A DNA stretch of 64,000 bases from Pseudomonadota bacterium (GTDB lineage Bacteria; Chloroflexota; UBA5177). Shown here piece after piece: positions 1 to 9,061 of this stretch. The DNA lies in the NCBI GenBank assembly GCA_021324655.1, contig JAJPIP010000062.1, forward strand, positions 38,987 to 102,986, in the 5' to 3' direction. The position numbers were made by a program, and so were the translations under genes. Each line of letters begins with the position of its first letter. The stretch's first letter is position 1. The notes under the pieces were generated by a model. The model was given only the letters and a program-made list of their open reading frames with translations, was not told the DNA's origin and did no database searches.

Positions 1-630
1 CGAGGAGCGGCCAGAGAGCAGCGGATCGTCACGGGAGCCGTCGTCCTCCGCCGGCATCCCAAACTGTGCGGGGTCCGGCGTCGGCTGCGCGAAGTAGTCC
101 TCGGTGAACTCCCCCCGCCATGACGTCATGGCGATGAAGGCCGCCATGCCGGCACCCCGTCCCCTGGCCGCATAGGCGTCTTGAAAGCGGGCTTCGGCTC
201 GCTCCACGGCCTCCGCGTCGGGAAGCACGAGGGCGAGGGGCGGCTCGTGTGCCACCAGGACGGTGACGTCGTCCGGGTGCGCCGCCACAAGTGCGAGCGC
301 GGTCACGGCGCCGCCACTGCTTGCGAACATCTCGACCGGTCCGGCGCCGAGGGCCTTGATGACGGCGTGCACATCCTCTGCCTGGACGGCGGGCACGTTG
401 TCGACCCGGCCGTCGCTCCGGGTGCTGCGGCCGAGCCCCCGCGGGTCATAGGTGATCACGGTGCGGTCAGGGAAGTACGACGCTAGCGTGCGGAAGCCGC
501 CGGCATCCATCGGCTGGCCGATCATGAACAGCGGTGGTCGTCCGTCGGCGGTCGGCAGCGGACCCTGGACATCGTAAACGATGGTGGCCTCGGGGGTCTC
601 AAGCGTGTGTGTCTTCAATTCAGTCTCCAT
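1..630 (-). CDS. alpha/beta-hydrolase fold protein (C-terminus runs off the window edge)
   Basis: The reverse-strand reading frame starts METELKTHTLETPEATIVYDVQGPLP... and contains the serine-hydrolase nucleophile elbow context (FASSGGA). It is not in the ORF track because it is truncated at position 1. It lies downstream of, and on the same strand as, the rhodanese-methyltransferase gene. Confidence 0.55.
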   Translation of the reverse strand, partial: METELKTHTLETPEATIVYDVQGPLPTADGRPPLFMIGQPMDAGGFRTLASYFPDRTVITYDPRGLGRSTRSDGRVDNVPAVQAEDVHAVIKALGAGPVEMFASSGGAVTALALVAAHPDDVTVLVAHEPPLALVLPDAEAVERAEARFQDAYAARGRGAGMAAFIAMTSWRGEFTEDYFAQPTPDPAQFGMPAEDDGSRDDPLLSGRSS

Positions 631-822
631 CGGGGGTCGCCAGATGGCGAGGCATGCTCCGTGATCGTGCCCGGCTGATTGTGTTAGAGACTACCGCGCC
701 GAGCACGAGGCACGCGAGGTGCGGCCGTAGCCCCTTGAAAACTCCTGCGCAGAGTCTATTACGGCCGGGTGGGCGCCGGGCGTGGCCGTGTCCGGAGTGT
801 CCACCTCATAAGCGAAAGCAGT

Positions 823-1905
823 TTATGATCTTTGGCGGCGGGCCACGAGCCAGGTGAAGGGCTGAACGCCACCAGCCGGGGTCCGATGGTCGGAGCGTGT
901 CGTGCCGATGACCTGGAACGTCGGTCCCAGCGCACTCGCCAACTCGTCTGCCCCGTAGCGCTGCACCGGAAGGCCGGAGCAGTGATCCGGGCCATCAGCC
1001 GCAAAGACACCGATGATGACGGCACCACCGGGTTGAACCGCGGCGCGAAGCGCCTCCAGGTATCGCTGCCGATCCGCCGGTGTGACGAGGAAATGGAACA
1101 TGGCCCGGTCATGCCACAGCGCGTAGTGCCGTGTGGGGTTCCAGGTCAGCACATCTGCATGGAGCCATCTCACCGGTGCGTGGGGAGGAACGCGCTCCTG
1201 GACCGCTCGCAGCGCCACCGCCGATATGTCGAGAACGGTGATGTCGGAGAACCCCCGTGTGAGGAGACAATCGACCAGAGATGAGGCGCCGGCGCCTATG
1301 TCGATGATCGCCGCGTCGCGGCGAATGTCCAGGGTCTCGATCAGCTCCAGTGAGGTGTCGGGGATGGGCTGGTACCAGCTCACCCCGGTACTGCCCTGGC
1401 GAACCAAGGCTGTGTCCCAATGGTGCTGTTGCGATTGGGGGACGCCGGCTGGTGCTTCGGGGTCGTGCGGCCCCATCCCTGGCAGCTCACATGCGGGTCG
1501 AGGGGGCGGAGCGATCCCGACCGGCAGTCCAGCCTGGAGCCAGGCCTCAAAGCCGCCGATGACATCACCGACCTGCTGGAAACCAAGATCCCGGAGCGTG
1601 GATGCAGCGAGGCTCGAGGAGAAGCCGTGGTCGCAGAGGAGGATGATGGGCTGGTCAAGTCCGGCGATATGGGGGCTGCGCCAGTCACTATCGGGATCCA
1701 GCCGCCACTCCAGAACGGTGCGGGGAATGTGCAGCGAGCCCGGGATGATGCCGTCGTGTATCCGGTCGGTGTCGCCGCGAATGTCGATGATCGTCGCACC
1801 ATTTCGCATGGCGGCAAGCGCTTGAGCCGGCTCGAACCGCTCGATCCGGGATCGTGCGTCGCTCAGCAACTGACTGATGGTGCAACGATGGACGGACTCT
1901 GGCAT
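823..1905 (-). CDS. rhodanese-domain / class I SAM-dependent methyltransferase fusion protein
   Basis: The track ORF is 823..1959; I placed the start at the internal ATG at 1905 (GGAAAG upstream). The N-terminal half is a rhodanese fold with its Cys in LLCDHGFSS. The C-terminal half carries the SAM-binding motif IDIGAGASS plus VLDIS. GC3 bias supports coding. Confidence 0.7.
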   Translation of the reverse strand: MPESVHRCTISQLLSDARSRIERFEPAQALAAMRNGATIIDIRGDTDRIHDGIIPGSLHIPRTVLEWRLDPDSDWRSPHIAGLDQPIILLCDHGFSSSLAASTLRDLGFQQVGDVIGGFEAWLQAGLPVGIAPPPRPACELPGMGPHDPEAPAGVPQSQQHHWDTALVRQGSTGVSWYQPIPDTSLELIETLDIRRDAAIIDIGAGASSLVDCLLTRGFSDITVLDISAVALRAVQERVPPHAPVRWLHADVLTWNPTRHYALWHDRAMFHFLVTPADRQRYLEALRAAVQPGGAVIIGVFAADGPDHCSGLPVQRYGADELASALGPTFQVIGTTRSDHRTPAGGVQPFTWLVARRQRS

Positions 1906-2034
1906 GGCACTTTCCGGCGTCGAGGACGTCGTTATCCCGAATCTGCTCGGTTCAAGCACAGGAGGCAGAGACGGGAGGACCCTGTGTGGCTCTTGCCTCC
2001 AGGCGCTTCCACCGTGTCCCTGCCTGCCTCGGCT

Positions 2035-2412
2035 CTAGCCGTGGGCGTGTGCTGCCTCCTCCGGCGGAAAGTCGAGCAAGGTGGACGGATCGTCGCCAAC
2101 GACCCAGATGTCATGCCCCACCGCCGGGATGACGAACGCGTCGCCGGGGGCCATCTCCCGCTCGGTGCCGTCCGCCATCCGCACGCCCAGCCGGCCCGAT
2201 AGGACGTACCCGGTGTGGGGGATCTCGCACAGGTCGGTACCCATGAGCGGCTTGACGTGCTCCGTCCAGCGAAAGCCCGGCTGGAACGTGGCCCGATGGA
2301 CGGCGGTCTCGCCAAGCTGGACGATCTCCACCCGGGCCAGGTCACCCACCGGAAACGCCTGGTCCGGGACGTCGAAGCTTTTGGTATGGAGCCGGGGTAT
2401 CGTGCTGGTCAT
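2035..2412 (-). CDS. cupin domain protein
   Basis: The track ORF is 2035..2505. I chose the internal start MTSTIPR at 2412 because GGAGG sits 7 nt upstream. Cupin-like His/Glu-containing beta-barrel motifs are present. It is the first gene of a minus-strand operon with the rhodanese-methyltransferase and the hydrolase. Confidence 0.65.
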   Translation of the reverse strand: MTSTIPRLHTKSFDVPDQAFPVGDLARVEIVQLGETAVHRATFQPGFRWTEHVKPLMGTDLCEIPHTGYVLSGRLGVRMADGTEREMAPGDAFVIPAVGHDIWVVGDDPSTLLDFPPEEAAHAHG

Positions 2413-2850
2413 CGCTAACTCCTCCCTTTCTCTGGTCTTAGGCAAGGTCCAGCGTACGGCGCCCCGGCCGGGTTGCCATTCCCCAAGCGGGGTATATTCG
2501 GCCATCCTGGGGGGGTATTTCTGGGTCGCAGGGAGGGGGCGTCCCCACCCGCCGGGGCGCGCGACGTAGTCGCTACCGCGTCAAGGAGGTAGACGCCCGG
2601 GAGATCCCGGGCGTGATCGATCGTGAGGGAGGCAGTGCCCGGAGAAGCGTAGAGACACTGGCACGGGACTGCTCAGTCGAGCTCGCCCCATGCGGCTAAA
2701 GCCGGGGCACGCGAGGGCTGCCGACGGTCACGCCCGGGAGGAGGGGGTGACGGCGGAGGCGAGCCGGGTCCAGCAGAACGGGAAGATCCGCTACCAGCGG
2801 AGCCAGGTCACCATCGCGGCCCTGACCGGATTGCGGGCCAGGTCCTGCGG

Positions 2851-3183
2851 GTGCCACCGGATCTCGCGTGCCCAGAGCGCACCAAATCGACTGCAGCGCG
2901 CCGCTCTCCATGCCGGTCCGCGACAGAGGAGCCCGTCACTCAAACCCGGCTGCTCTTCGATGCGCACGCGGACAATCGGAAAAGCCACGGCAGCAACGGC
3001 GGCCTCCTGTTCCGCAATGCCGACAACCCGAACGAGTTCTTGGCCGTGTTTACCTTCGACTCGGTGGCCCACGCCCGCGAGTTCACCCAGGATCCCAGCC
3101 TGCGCGAAGCCATGTCGAAAGCAGGCGTGATCGACCGGCCGGACGTGTACTTCCCGGAGCAGGTGGAGCAGGTCCCGGTGTAA
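2851..3183 (+). CDS. antibiotic-biosynthesis-monooxygenase (ABM/Dabb)-like small protein; start uncertain
   Basis: The C-terminal ~95 aa (LLFDAHADNRKSHGSNGGLLFRNADNPNEFLAVFTFDSVAHAREFTQDPSLREAMSKAG) look like an ABM ferredoxin-like domain. The GTG start at 2851 gives an unconvincing N-terminus. Confidence 0.5.
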   Translation: MPPDLACPERTKSTAARRSPCRSATEEPVTQTRLLFDAHADNRKSHGSNGGLLFRNADNPNEFLAVFTFDSVAHAREFTQDPSLREAMSKAGVIDRPDVYFPEQVEQVPV

Positions 3184-3210
3184 GGCGGGATCGGTCAACC
3201 GGGCCGACGG

Positions 3211-3246
3211 GAGCGGCTTCCCCTGTGGGAGCCGCTTCTCTTTGCT
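3211..3246 (+). terminator. candidate intrinsic terminator downstream of the ABM-like gene
   Basis: GAGCGGCTTCCC-ctgt-GGGAGCCGCTTCTC forms a stem, followed by TTTGCT. Confidence 0.4.
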
Positions 3247-3506
3247 ACGCCGCGCGCGACTGTTCTACTGTCGGCGCCGTCCCGTTGCCGATCGTCCTCT
3301 CGGGTCAGAAGCGGGTGGCAGGCCGCCCGCCCCTCATCCCCCGCGAGCTGCCGGTTCTCCAGCACGCCAGTCTGCTGATCGCAGCCGGGGTCGCTCTGGC
3401 TGCCGCTGCGGCCAGCCTGACGCTCAATCCGTCGCACGCATAGCCGGTGGATATCGATTTAGACCTGGACTGTCAATTGCTGTGCATCCATCGGAGGAGT
3501 TTAAAC

Positions 3507-3932
3507 ATGCGCATCACGAGATCCAGCCGCCAGGAGACGGGCCGCGGGCCAAGTGACTGGTTCACCGGAATGGTCTACGTCGACCCGATGGCGGAGCAAT
3601 ATGGCCCGTCACGCCTTGCGGCCAGCAACGTCCACTTCACTCCCGGCGCGCGGACTGCCTGGCATACCCATCCGAAGGGGCAGACGATCGTCGTGACGGA
3701 AGGTATCGGGCTCTGCCAGCGGCGCGGCGGACCGATCGAGGTGATTCGCCCCGGTGATCGCGTCTTCTTCGAGCCGGGTGAGGATCACTGGCATGGTGCG
3801 ACGCCGAACCGCTTCATGACCCACATCGCCATGCAGCAGGCTGACGACGAGGGCAACGTGGTGACCTGGGGCCCGCATGTCACCGACGAGGAATACGCCG
3901 CAGCGCCGACGGATGGGCGCGAGGAGGCGTGA
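3507..3932 (+). CDS. cupin domain protein
   Basis: The track ORF is 3447..3932. I placed the start at the ATG at 3507 because GGAGGAG sits 7 nt upstream. A WHTHPKGQTIVV...GEDHWHG two-His cupin motif pair is present. Confidence 0.7.
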   Translation: MRITRSSRQETGRGPSDWFTGMVYVDPMAEQYGPSRLAASNVHFTPGARTAWHTHPKGQTIVVTEGIGLCQRRGGPIEVIRPGDRVFFEPGEDHWHGATPNRFMTHIAMQQADDEGNVVTWGPHVTDEEYAAAPTDGREEA

Positions 3933-3934
3933 CC

Positions 3935-4957
3935 ATGCACGGAGCCGTTCTCTACGCCCCGTATGACATTCGCGACGTCGAGCGCCCCGATCCGACCATC
4001 ATCGAGCCGACCGACGCCATCATCCGCCTGTCGGCCACCTGTATCTGCGGGTCCGACCTGTGGCCGTACCGCGGCATCGATCCGATCAGTGAACCGACAC
4101 CGATGGGACACGAGTACGTCGGCATCGTCGAGGAGGCCGGCAGTGCGGTCACGACGATCAAACCTGGCCAATTCGTCGTCGGATCGTTCTTCGCCTCCGA
4201 CAACACCTGCCCGATCTGTCAGGCCGGCTACCAGTCCCGTTGCGTGCATGCGGAGCCGATCGGCGCGATCGGCACCCAGGCGGAGTACGCACGCATCCCG
4301 CTGGCCGACGGCACCCTGGTCGCGACTCCGGATATCCCGTCCGACGATCTCATTCCCAGCCTGCTCGCGGCCTCGGACGTGCTCGGCACCGGCTGGTTCG
4401 CTGCCGTCGCCGCCGATGTTGCGCCCGGCAGGACCGTGGCAGTCGTCGGCGATGGCGCCGTCGGGGTGCTCGCCGTTCTCGCGGCAAAACAGCTGGGGGC
4501 CGAGCGAATCATCATCATGAGCCGGCATGAGGACCGGCAGAAGCTGGCCGCCGAATTTGGCGCAACCGACATCGTGACCGAGCGCGGCGACGCGGGTGCG
4601 GCGCAGGTCAAGGAGTTGACCGACGGACTCGGCGCGCATTCGACCATCGAGGCGGTCGGCACCCAGGAGTCGATGATGCAAGCCATCGGGTCCACCCGGC
4701 CCGGCGGCGCTGTCGGCTATGTCGGTGTGCCCCACGAGGTCGCACTGCCCGGCGAGGAGTTGTTCTTCGCCGAGGTTCATTTGCTGGGTGGTCCCGCCCC
4801 GGTGCGTCGTTTCCTCCCCGAGCTAATCAATCTGATCTGCAACCGGAAGATCAACCCCGGCAGGGTGTTCGACCTGGAGCTACCCCTGTCCGAGGTCGCG
4901 GCGGGCTACCGCGCCATGGACGACCGGCGTGCCATCAAGGTCCTGCTCCGACCCTGA
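3935..4957 (+). CDS. zinc-dependent alcohol dehydrogenase (MDR family)
   Basis: The protein contains the Zn-ADH signature GHEYVGIVEEAG, catalytic and structural Cys clusters (CICGSD, CPICQAGYQSRC) and a GDGAVG Rossmann motif. GAGGAGG sits 7 nt before the ATG at 3935. The start is translationally coupled to the stop of the upstream cupin gene. Confidence 0.85.
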   Translation: MHGAVLYAPYDIRDVERPDPTIIEPTDAIIRLSATCICGSDLWPYRGIDPISEPTPMGHEYVGIVEEAGSAVTTIKPGQFVVGSFFASDNTCPICQAGYQSRCVHAEPIGAIGTQAEYARIPLADGTLVATPDIPSDDLIPSLLAASDVLGTGWFAAVAADVAPGRTVAVVGDGAVGVLAVLAAKQLGAERIIIMSRHEDRQKLAAEFGATDIVTERGDAGAAQVKELTDGLGAHSTIEAVGTQESMMQAIGSTRPGGAVGYVGVPHEVALPGEELFFAEVHLLGGPAPVRRFLPELINLICNRKINPGRVFDLELPLSEVAAGYRAMDDRRAIKVLLRP

Positions 4958-4974
4958 TACCAGGGGGAATCCCT

Positions 4975-5319
4975 ATGATCGAGGAGCCGCCCTTCTGCTA
5001 CCTGACGACAATCGGCAGGCGGACGCACCGACCACATGAGATTGAGATCTGGTTCGCGCGCGAAGGCAATAGCCTGTACGTCCTGTCCGGTGGCCGCGAC
5101 CGCTCAGACTGGGTGCGCAATCTCCAACGTGACCCGCGGGTGACGGTTCGGATCTTGGACCGGACGCACCACGCCACTGCACGGGTGGTTGAACCGGATA
5201 CGGAGGAAGATGCCTTGGCTCGCCGGCTCTTGCTGGCGAAGTACCAGACTCCGGGAGGCGATGACCTGACGAACTGGGGTCGCACCGCACTGCCCGTGGC
5301 TCTCGATCTCCTCTCGTGA
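4975..5319 (+). CDS. deazaflavin (F420H2)-dependent nitroreductase-family protein (Ddn/DUF385-like)
   Basis: The protein is 114 aa. The stretch FCYLTTIGRRTHRPHEIEIWFAREGNSLYVLSGGRDRSDWVRNLQRDPRV matches the pattern of Ddn-family split-barrel proteins. An RBS (CAGGGGGAA) is present. Confidence 0.6.
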   Translation: MIEEPPFCYLTTIGRRTHRPHEIEIWFAREGNSLYVLSGGRDRSDWVRNLQRDPRVTVRILDRTHHATARVVEPDTEEDALARRLLLAKYQTPGGDDLTNWGRTALPVALDLLS

Positions 5320-5439
5320 ATGCGGGTCGACCGTTGGTGGAGCGCTGACCGGCATGTTACCGTGTGAAACATAGGCGGACCCTCTGCAACCTCCTGTCTC
5401 GCAAGGATGACGGGTAGGTGCGCCCGGGAGGAATGACAC

Positions 5440-8400
5440 GTGCGCGATGCCCTGGACTCGCCGCCGTTCGGCCAGGACGCGGGGTCAGATAGCAGCGACA
5501 GTCACTACTACAGCGTGTCGCAGGCGGCAGCGTTGCTGGGCGTCAGCCGGGTGACCGTCTGGCGCTGGATCGGCGAGGACCGGCTGCGGGCCGCGCGGCT
5601 CGGTCACCGCACCACCCGCATCAAACGGGAGGATCTGGACGCCTTCGTTGCCCAATGTGAATCCACTCGCTTCCGATCTCGGTCTCTCAGGGAAGCGGGC
5701 GCCCGGCGAGGGACAGAGACGGATGTCGCGAACCATCCGGCCGAGGATCCCTCGGAGAGCGGTGCAGGCGAGCACATCGTCCAGTTCTACGAGTCGGATG
5801 AGTCTCTCCTCGATTCCGTGGCAGAGTTCCTTGCCGCCGGCCTGGGGTCGGGTGACGCAGGAATACTCCTGGCGACGCCGGAGCACCGGGCGGGCGTGGA
5901 GGAACGACTGCGCGCCGCCGGCCTGGACACCGCGGCGGTCCAAGACCGCGGCCGGTTTGTCAGCGCGGATGCGGCCGCGGCGTTGGCGGCCTGCCGGATC
6001 GACGGCACCGTCGATCCGGAGCACTTCCAGAAGGCGGTGGGCGACATCGTGACGCGCGCGGTGGAAGAGCACCGCCATGTGCACGTCTTCGGCGAGCTGG
6101 TGGCACTCCTCGTGGAGGAGGGGGATCACGCAGCCGCCCTGCGGCTAGAACAACTCTGGAATGACCTGCAGCGGGCGCTCGGCTTCACGCTGATGTGTGG
6201 CTATCCGATGGACGGCTTCGGCGGCGCGGCGCTCGCCGAGGTCTTCGGCGATGTCTGCGCCGAACACTCCCGCGTGATCCCGGCCGAGGGCTACGCCGCA
6301 CTGAACGATCCGGACGATCCGCGACGCATAATCGCGGAGTTGCAGCAGAAGACAGTCTCGCTGGAGCGGGAGATCGCTCAACGGGAGGCAGCCGAGGAAG
6401 CACTGCGCGCCGGTGAGGAGCGGTTCCGGGCGCTCATCACGGCCAGCTCGGACGTGGTGTACCGGATGAGCCCGGATTGGCGCGAGATGCGCCGTCTCGA
6501 GGGGCGTGACTTCATCGCCCACACCGGCGAGCCAACTGGAACCTGGCTGGAGACGTACATCCATCCCGACGATCAGCCGCACGTCATGGCGGCCATCAGT
6601 AACGCCATTCGGACCAAGAGCACCTTCGAGCTCGAGCACCGGGTCCGGCGCGTCGACGGCACCCTGGGCTGGACACTCTCGCGCGCCGTTCCGTTGCTGG
6701 ATGTCGACGGTGAGATCGTCGAGTGGGTGGGCACCGCCAGCGACGTGACCCGACGCAAGGAGGCCGAGGAAGCCGCAGCCGTGAGCCGGGCCGCGGCCGA
6801 GCGGCAGCGGCGGCTGTACGAGGCCATCCTGACCAACACCCCCGACCAGGCCTACATCTTCGACCTCAATCACCGCTTCACGTATGCCAACGAGGGCCTC
6901 CTCAAGATGTGGGGACGCACCTGGGACGAGGCGATCGGGAAGAGCTGCCTCGAGCTAGGGTATCCGGAGTGGCACGCTGCGAGGCACGATCGGGAGATCG
7001 AGCAGGTCATCGCCACCAAGCAGCCAATCCGTGGTGAGGTGCCGTTCTCCGGCGCGTTCGGCCGGCGGATCTACGACTACATCTTCGTGCCCGTGTTGGG
7101 TTCGGATGGAGAGGTCGAGGCGGTGGCCGGCACAACGCGCGATGTGACCGACTACTGGCAGGCCGAGGCCCTGCAGTCGGTGGAGGTTCGGGTACTCGAG
7201 TTGGTCGCGCAGCGCACGCCGCTGCCGCGCGTCCTCACCGAGCTGACCCGCGCCGTCGAGGAGCTTGCTGATGGGATGCTCGCATCCGTGCTGCTGCTGG
7301 ACGAGGATGGACAGCACCTGCGTCACGGGGCGGCTCCCAGCCTGCCCGACACCTACACGCGGGGGATCGACGGCATCCAGATCGGTCCGGCCGTCGGCTC
7401 GTGCGGCACGGCCGTGCACCGCAGGGAACGGGTCGTCGTCACGGACATCGCCGTCGACCCGTTGTGGGTGGACTTCCGGGAGCTGGCGCTGGCGCACGGC
7501 CTCCATGCCTGCTGGTCGACACCGATCCGTGGTGCGGGCGGCGACGTGCTCGGAACCTTCGCGTTGTACTACCGAGCGCCGCGTGAGCCGAGCCCGGGTG
7601 AGCTCGATCTGATCGACCGCGTGGTGCGGGTGGCCGCCCTCGCCATCGAGCGGGCGCGGAGCGAGACGGAGCGCGCGAGGTTGTTGGCGCGAGAGCGCGC
7701 GGCGCGTACCGAGACGGAAACGCTCTACCGTGTCGGCCAGGCTCTGTCGGCGGAACTCGACCTTCAGAAGTTGCTGCAGGCGGTCACCGATGCCGCCACC
7801 GAGTTGAGCGGTGCTCACTTCGGCGCGTTCTTCTACAACGTCGTCAAGGCCGAAGGCGAATCGTACATGCTCTACACCCTCTCCGGCGCTCCGCGGGAGG
7901 CCTTCGACCGGTTCCCGATGCCGCGCAATACCTCGATCTTCGGGCCCACCTTCCGGGGCGAGGGAATCGTCCGCCTGGACGACGTAACCCGGGATTCTCG
8001 CTATGGGAACAACCCGCCGTACTACGGGATGCCGAAGGGTCACCTGCCGGTGCGGAGCTACCTGGCGGTGCCGGTCGTCTCGGCCCGAGGAGAGGTGTTC
8101 GGCGGCCTCTTCTTCGGCCATCCAGAGCCGGGCGTCTTCACGGAACGGGCGGAACGGCTGGTGGCGGGGATCGCCGCTCAGGCGGCGATCGCCCTCGACA
8201 ACGCCCGCCTCTACCAGCAGGTCCAAGAGGCGTTGCGCATGCGTGATACCTTCCTGACCGCCGCGGCGCACGATCTGAAGACACCCCTGACCTCGGTCAA
8301 GGGGATGGCGCAGCTCTTGCGCCGGCGCGCGGCGCAGGGCAACGCGGATTCCGATCGGCTGGCTGAGGGCCTGGCCAGCATCGATACCGCGGCGTCCCGC

Positions 8401-8970
8401 ATGACACAGCAGCTCGATGAGCTGCTCGACGTGACCCGGCTCCAGATGGGCCAGCCGTTGGCGCTCCGGCGGCGCCCCACCGATCTCGTGGCAGTGGTGC
8501 GGCGGGTCGCGGCCGAGCAACAGCAGACCGCCGAGTGTCATCGTATCCACGTGGAAGCGAGCCGGCCGGAGCTTGTCGGCGCGTGGGACGAAGTGCGGCT
8601 GGCGCGAGTGGTGAACAACCTGGTCGGTAATGCCATCAAGTACAGTCCGGAGGGCGGCGACGTCGCGGTCACGCTGGCCGCCGAGGAAGATGCCGGCGGC
8701 ACATGGGCCGTGCTGCGGGTGCGCGACCAGGGCGTGGGCATCCCGGCGGCGGACCTCCCGCACATCTTCGATCGGTTTCATCGGGCAAGCAACGTCGGAG
8801 GGATTTCCGGGGCTGGGATCGGGCTCGCCAGCGCGCGTCAGATCGTCGAGCAGCACGGCGGGGTAATCTCCGCCGAGAGCATCGATGGCGCCGGAAGCGT
8901 GTTTGCCGTGCGACTTCCCATCGGGCCAGGCGAGGACGATCCTACAACGGGCGAGGCCGGCAGTCTATAG
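5440..8970 (+). CDS. multidomain sensor histidine kinase: N-terminal excisionase/MerR-type HTH, MEDS domain, 2x PAS, 2x GAF, HisKA and HATPase_c
   Basis: The ORF encodes 1176 aa. It starts at a GTG with GGGAGG upstream. The HTH is YSVSQAAALLGVSRVTVWRWI. MEDS-like motifs are HIVQFYESDESLLDSVAEFL and FGELVAL. The H-box is AAHDLKTPLTSVKG. The N, G1 and G2 boxes are NLVGNAIKYSP, DQGVGIP and GAGIGLA. No response-regulator gene is adjacent. Confidence 0.85.
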   Translation: MRDALDSPPFGQDAGSDSSDSHYYSVSQAAALLGVSRVTVWRWIGEDRLRAARLGHRTTRIKREDLDAFVAQCESTRFRSRSLREAGARRGTETDVANHPAEDPSESGAGEHIVQFYESDESLLDSVAEFLAAGLGSGDAGILLATPEHRAGVEERLRAAGLDTAAVQDRGRFVSADAAAALAACRIDGTVDPEHFQKAVGDIVTRAVEEHRHVHVFGELVALLVEEGDHAAALRLEQLWNDLQRALGFTLMCGYPMDGFGGAALAEVFGDVCAEHSRVIPAEGYAALNDPDDPRRIIAELQQKTVSLEREIAQREAAEEALRAGEERFRALITASSDVVYRMSPDWREMRRLEGRDFIAHTGEPTGTWLETYIHPDDQPHVMAAISNAIRTKSTFELEHRVRRVDGTLGWTLSRAVPLLDVDGEIVEWVGTASDVTRRKEAEEAAAVSRAAAERQRRLYEAILTNTPDQAYIFDLNHRFTYANEGLLKMWGRTWDEAIGKSCLELGYPEWHAARHDREIEQVIATKQPIRGEVPFSGAFGRRIYDYIFVPVLGSDGEVEAVAGTTRDVTDYWQAEALQSVEVRVLELVAQRTPLPRVLTELTRAVEELADGMLASVLLLDEDGQHLRHGAAPSLPDTYTRGIDGIQIGPAVGSCGTAVHRRERVVVTDIAVDPLWVDFRELALAHGLHACWSTPIRGAGGDVLGTFALYYRAPREPSPGELDLIDRVVRVAALAIERARSETERARLLARERAARTETETLYRVGQALSAELDLQKLLQAVTDAATELSGAHFGAFFYNVVKAEGESYMLYTLSGAPREAFDRFPMPRNTSIFGPTFRGEGIVRLDDVTRDSRYGNNPPYYGMPKGHLPVRSYLAVPVVSARGEVFGGLFFGHPEPGVFTERAERLVAGIAAQAAIALDNARLYQQVQEALRMRDTFLTAAAHDLKTPLTSVKGMAQLLRRRAAQGNADSDRLAEGLASIDTAASRMTQQLDELLDVTRLQMGQPLALRRRPTDLVAVVRRVAAEQQQTAECHRIHVEASRPELVGAWDEVRLARVVNNLVGNAIKYSPEGGDVAVTLAAEEDAGGTWAVLRVRDQGVGIPAADLPHIFDRFHRASNVGGISGAGIGLASARQIVEQHGGVISAESIDGAGSVFAVRLPIGPGEDDPTTGEAGSL

Positions 8971-9061
8971 GTCTATCCGCCGGATCGGGCCCGCACTGGA
9001 GCCAGTGATCCCGGCAAGCATGGCCGGCCTGAAACCAGGTAAGGTCGTCGGAACACTCTCT

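Noticed and set aside
2690-3130. 146-aa plus-strand ORF overlapping the ABM-like gene in another frame
   Set aside because: It is Arg/Ala/Pro-rich low-complexity sequence, whereas the overlapping frame carries an ABM-like domain.
3785-4780. 331-aa minus-strand ORF
   Set aside because: It is antisense to the zinc alcohol dehydrogenase gene and has no recognisable motifs. It is a high-GC frame artefact.
6955-8856. 633-aa minus-strand ORF
   Set aside because: It is entirely antisense to the well-supported sensor histidine kinase gene. The protein is low-complexity and Arg/Pro/Gly-rich, as is typical of spurious antisense frames in high-GC DNA.
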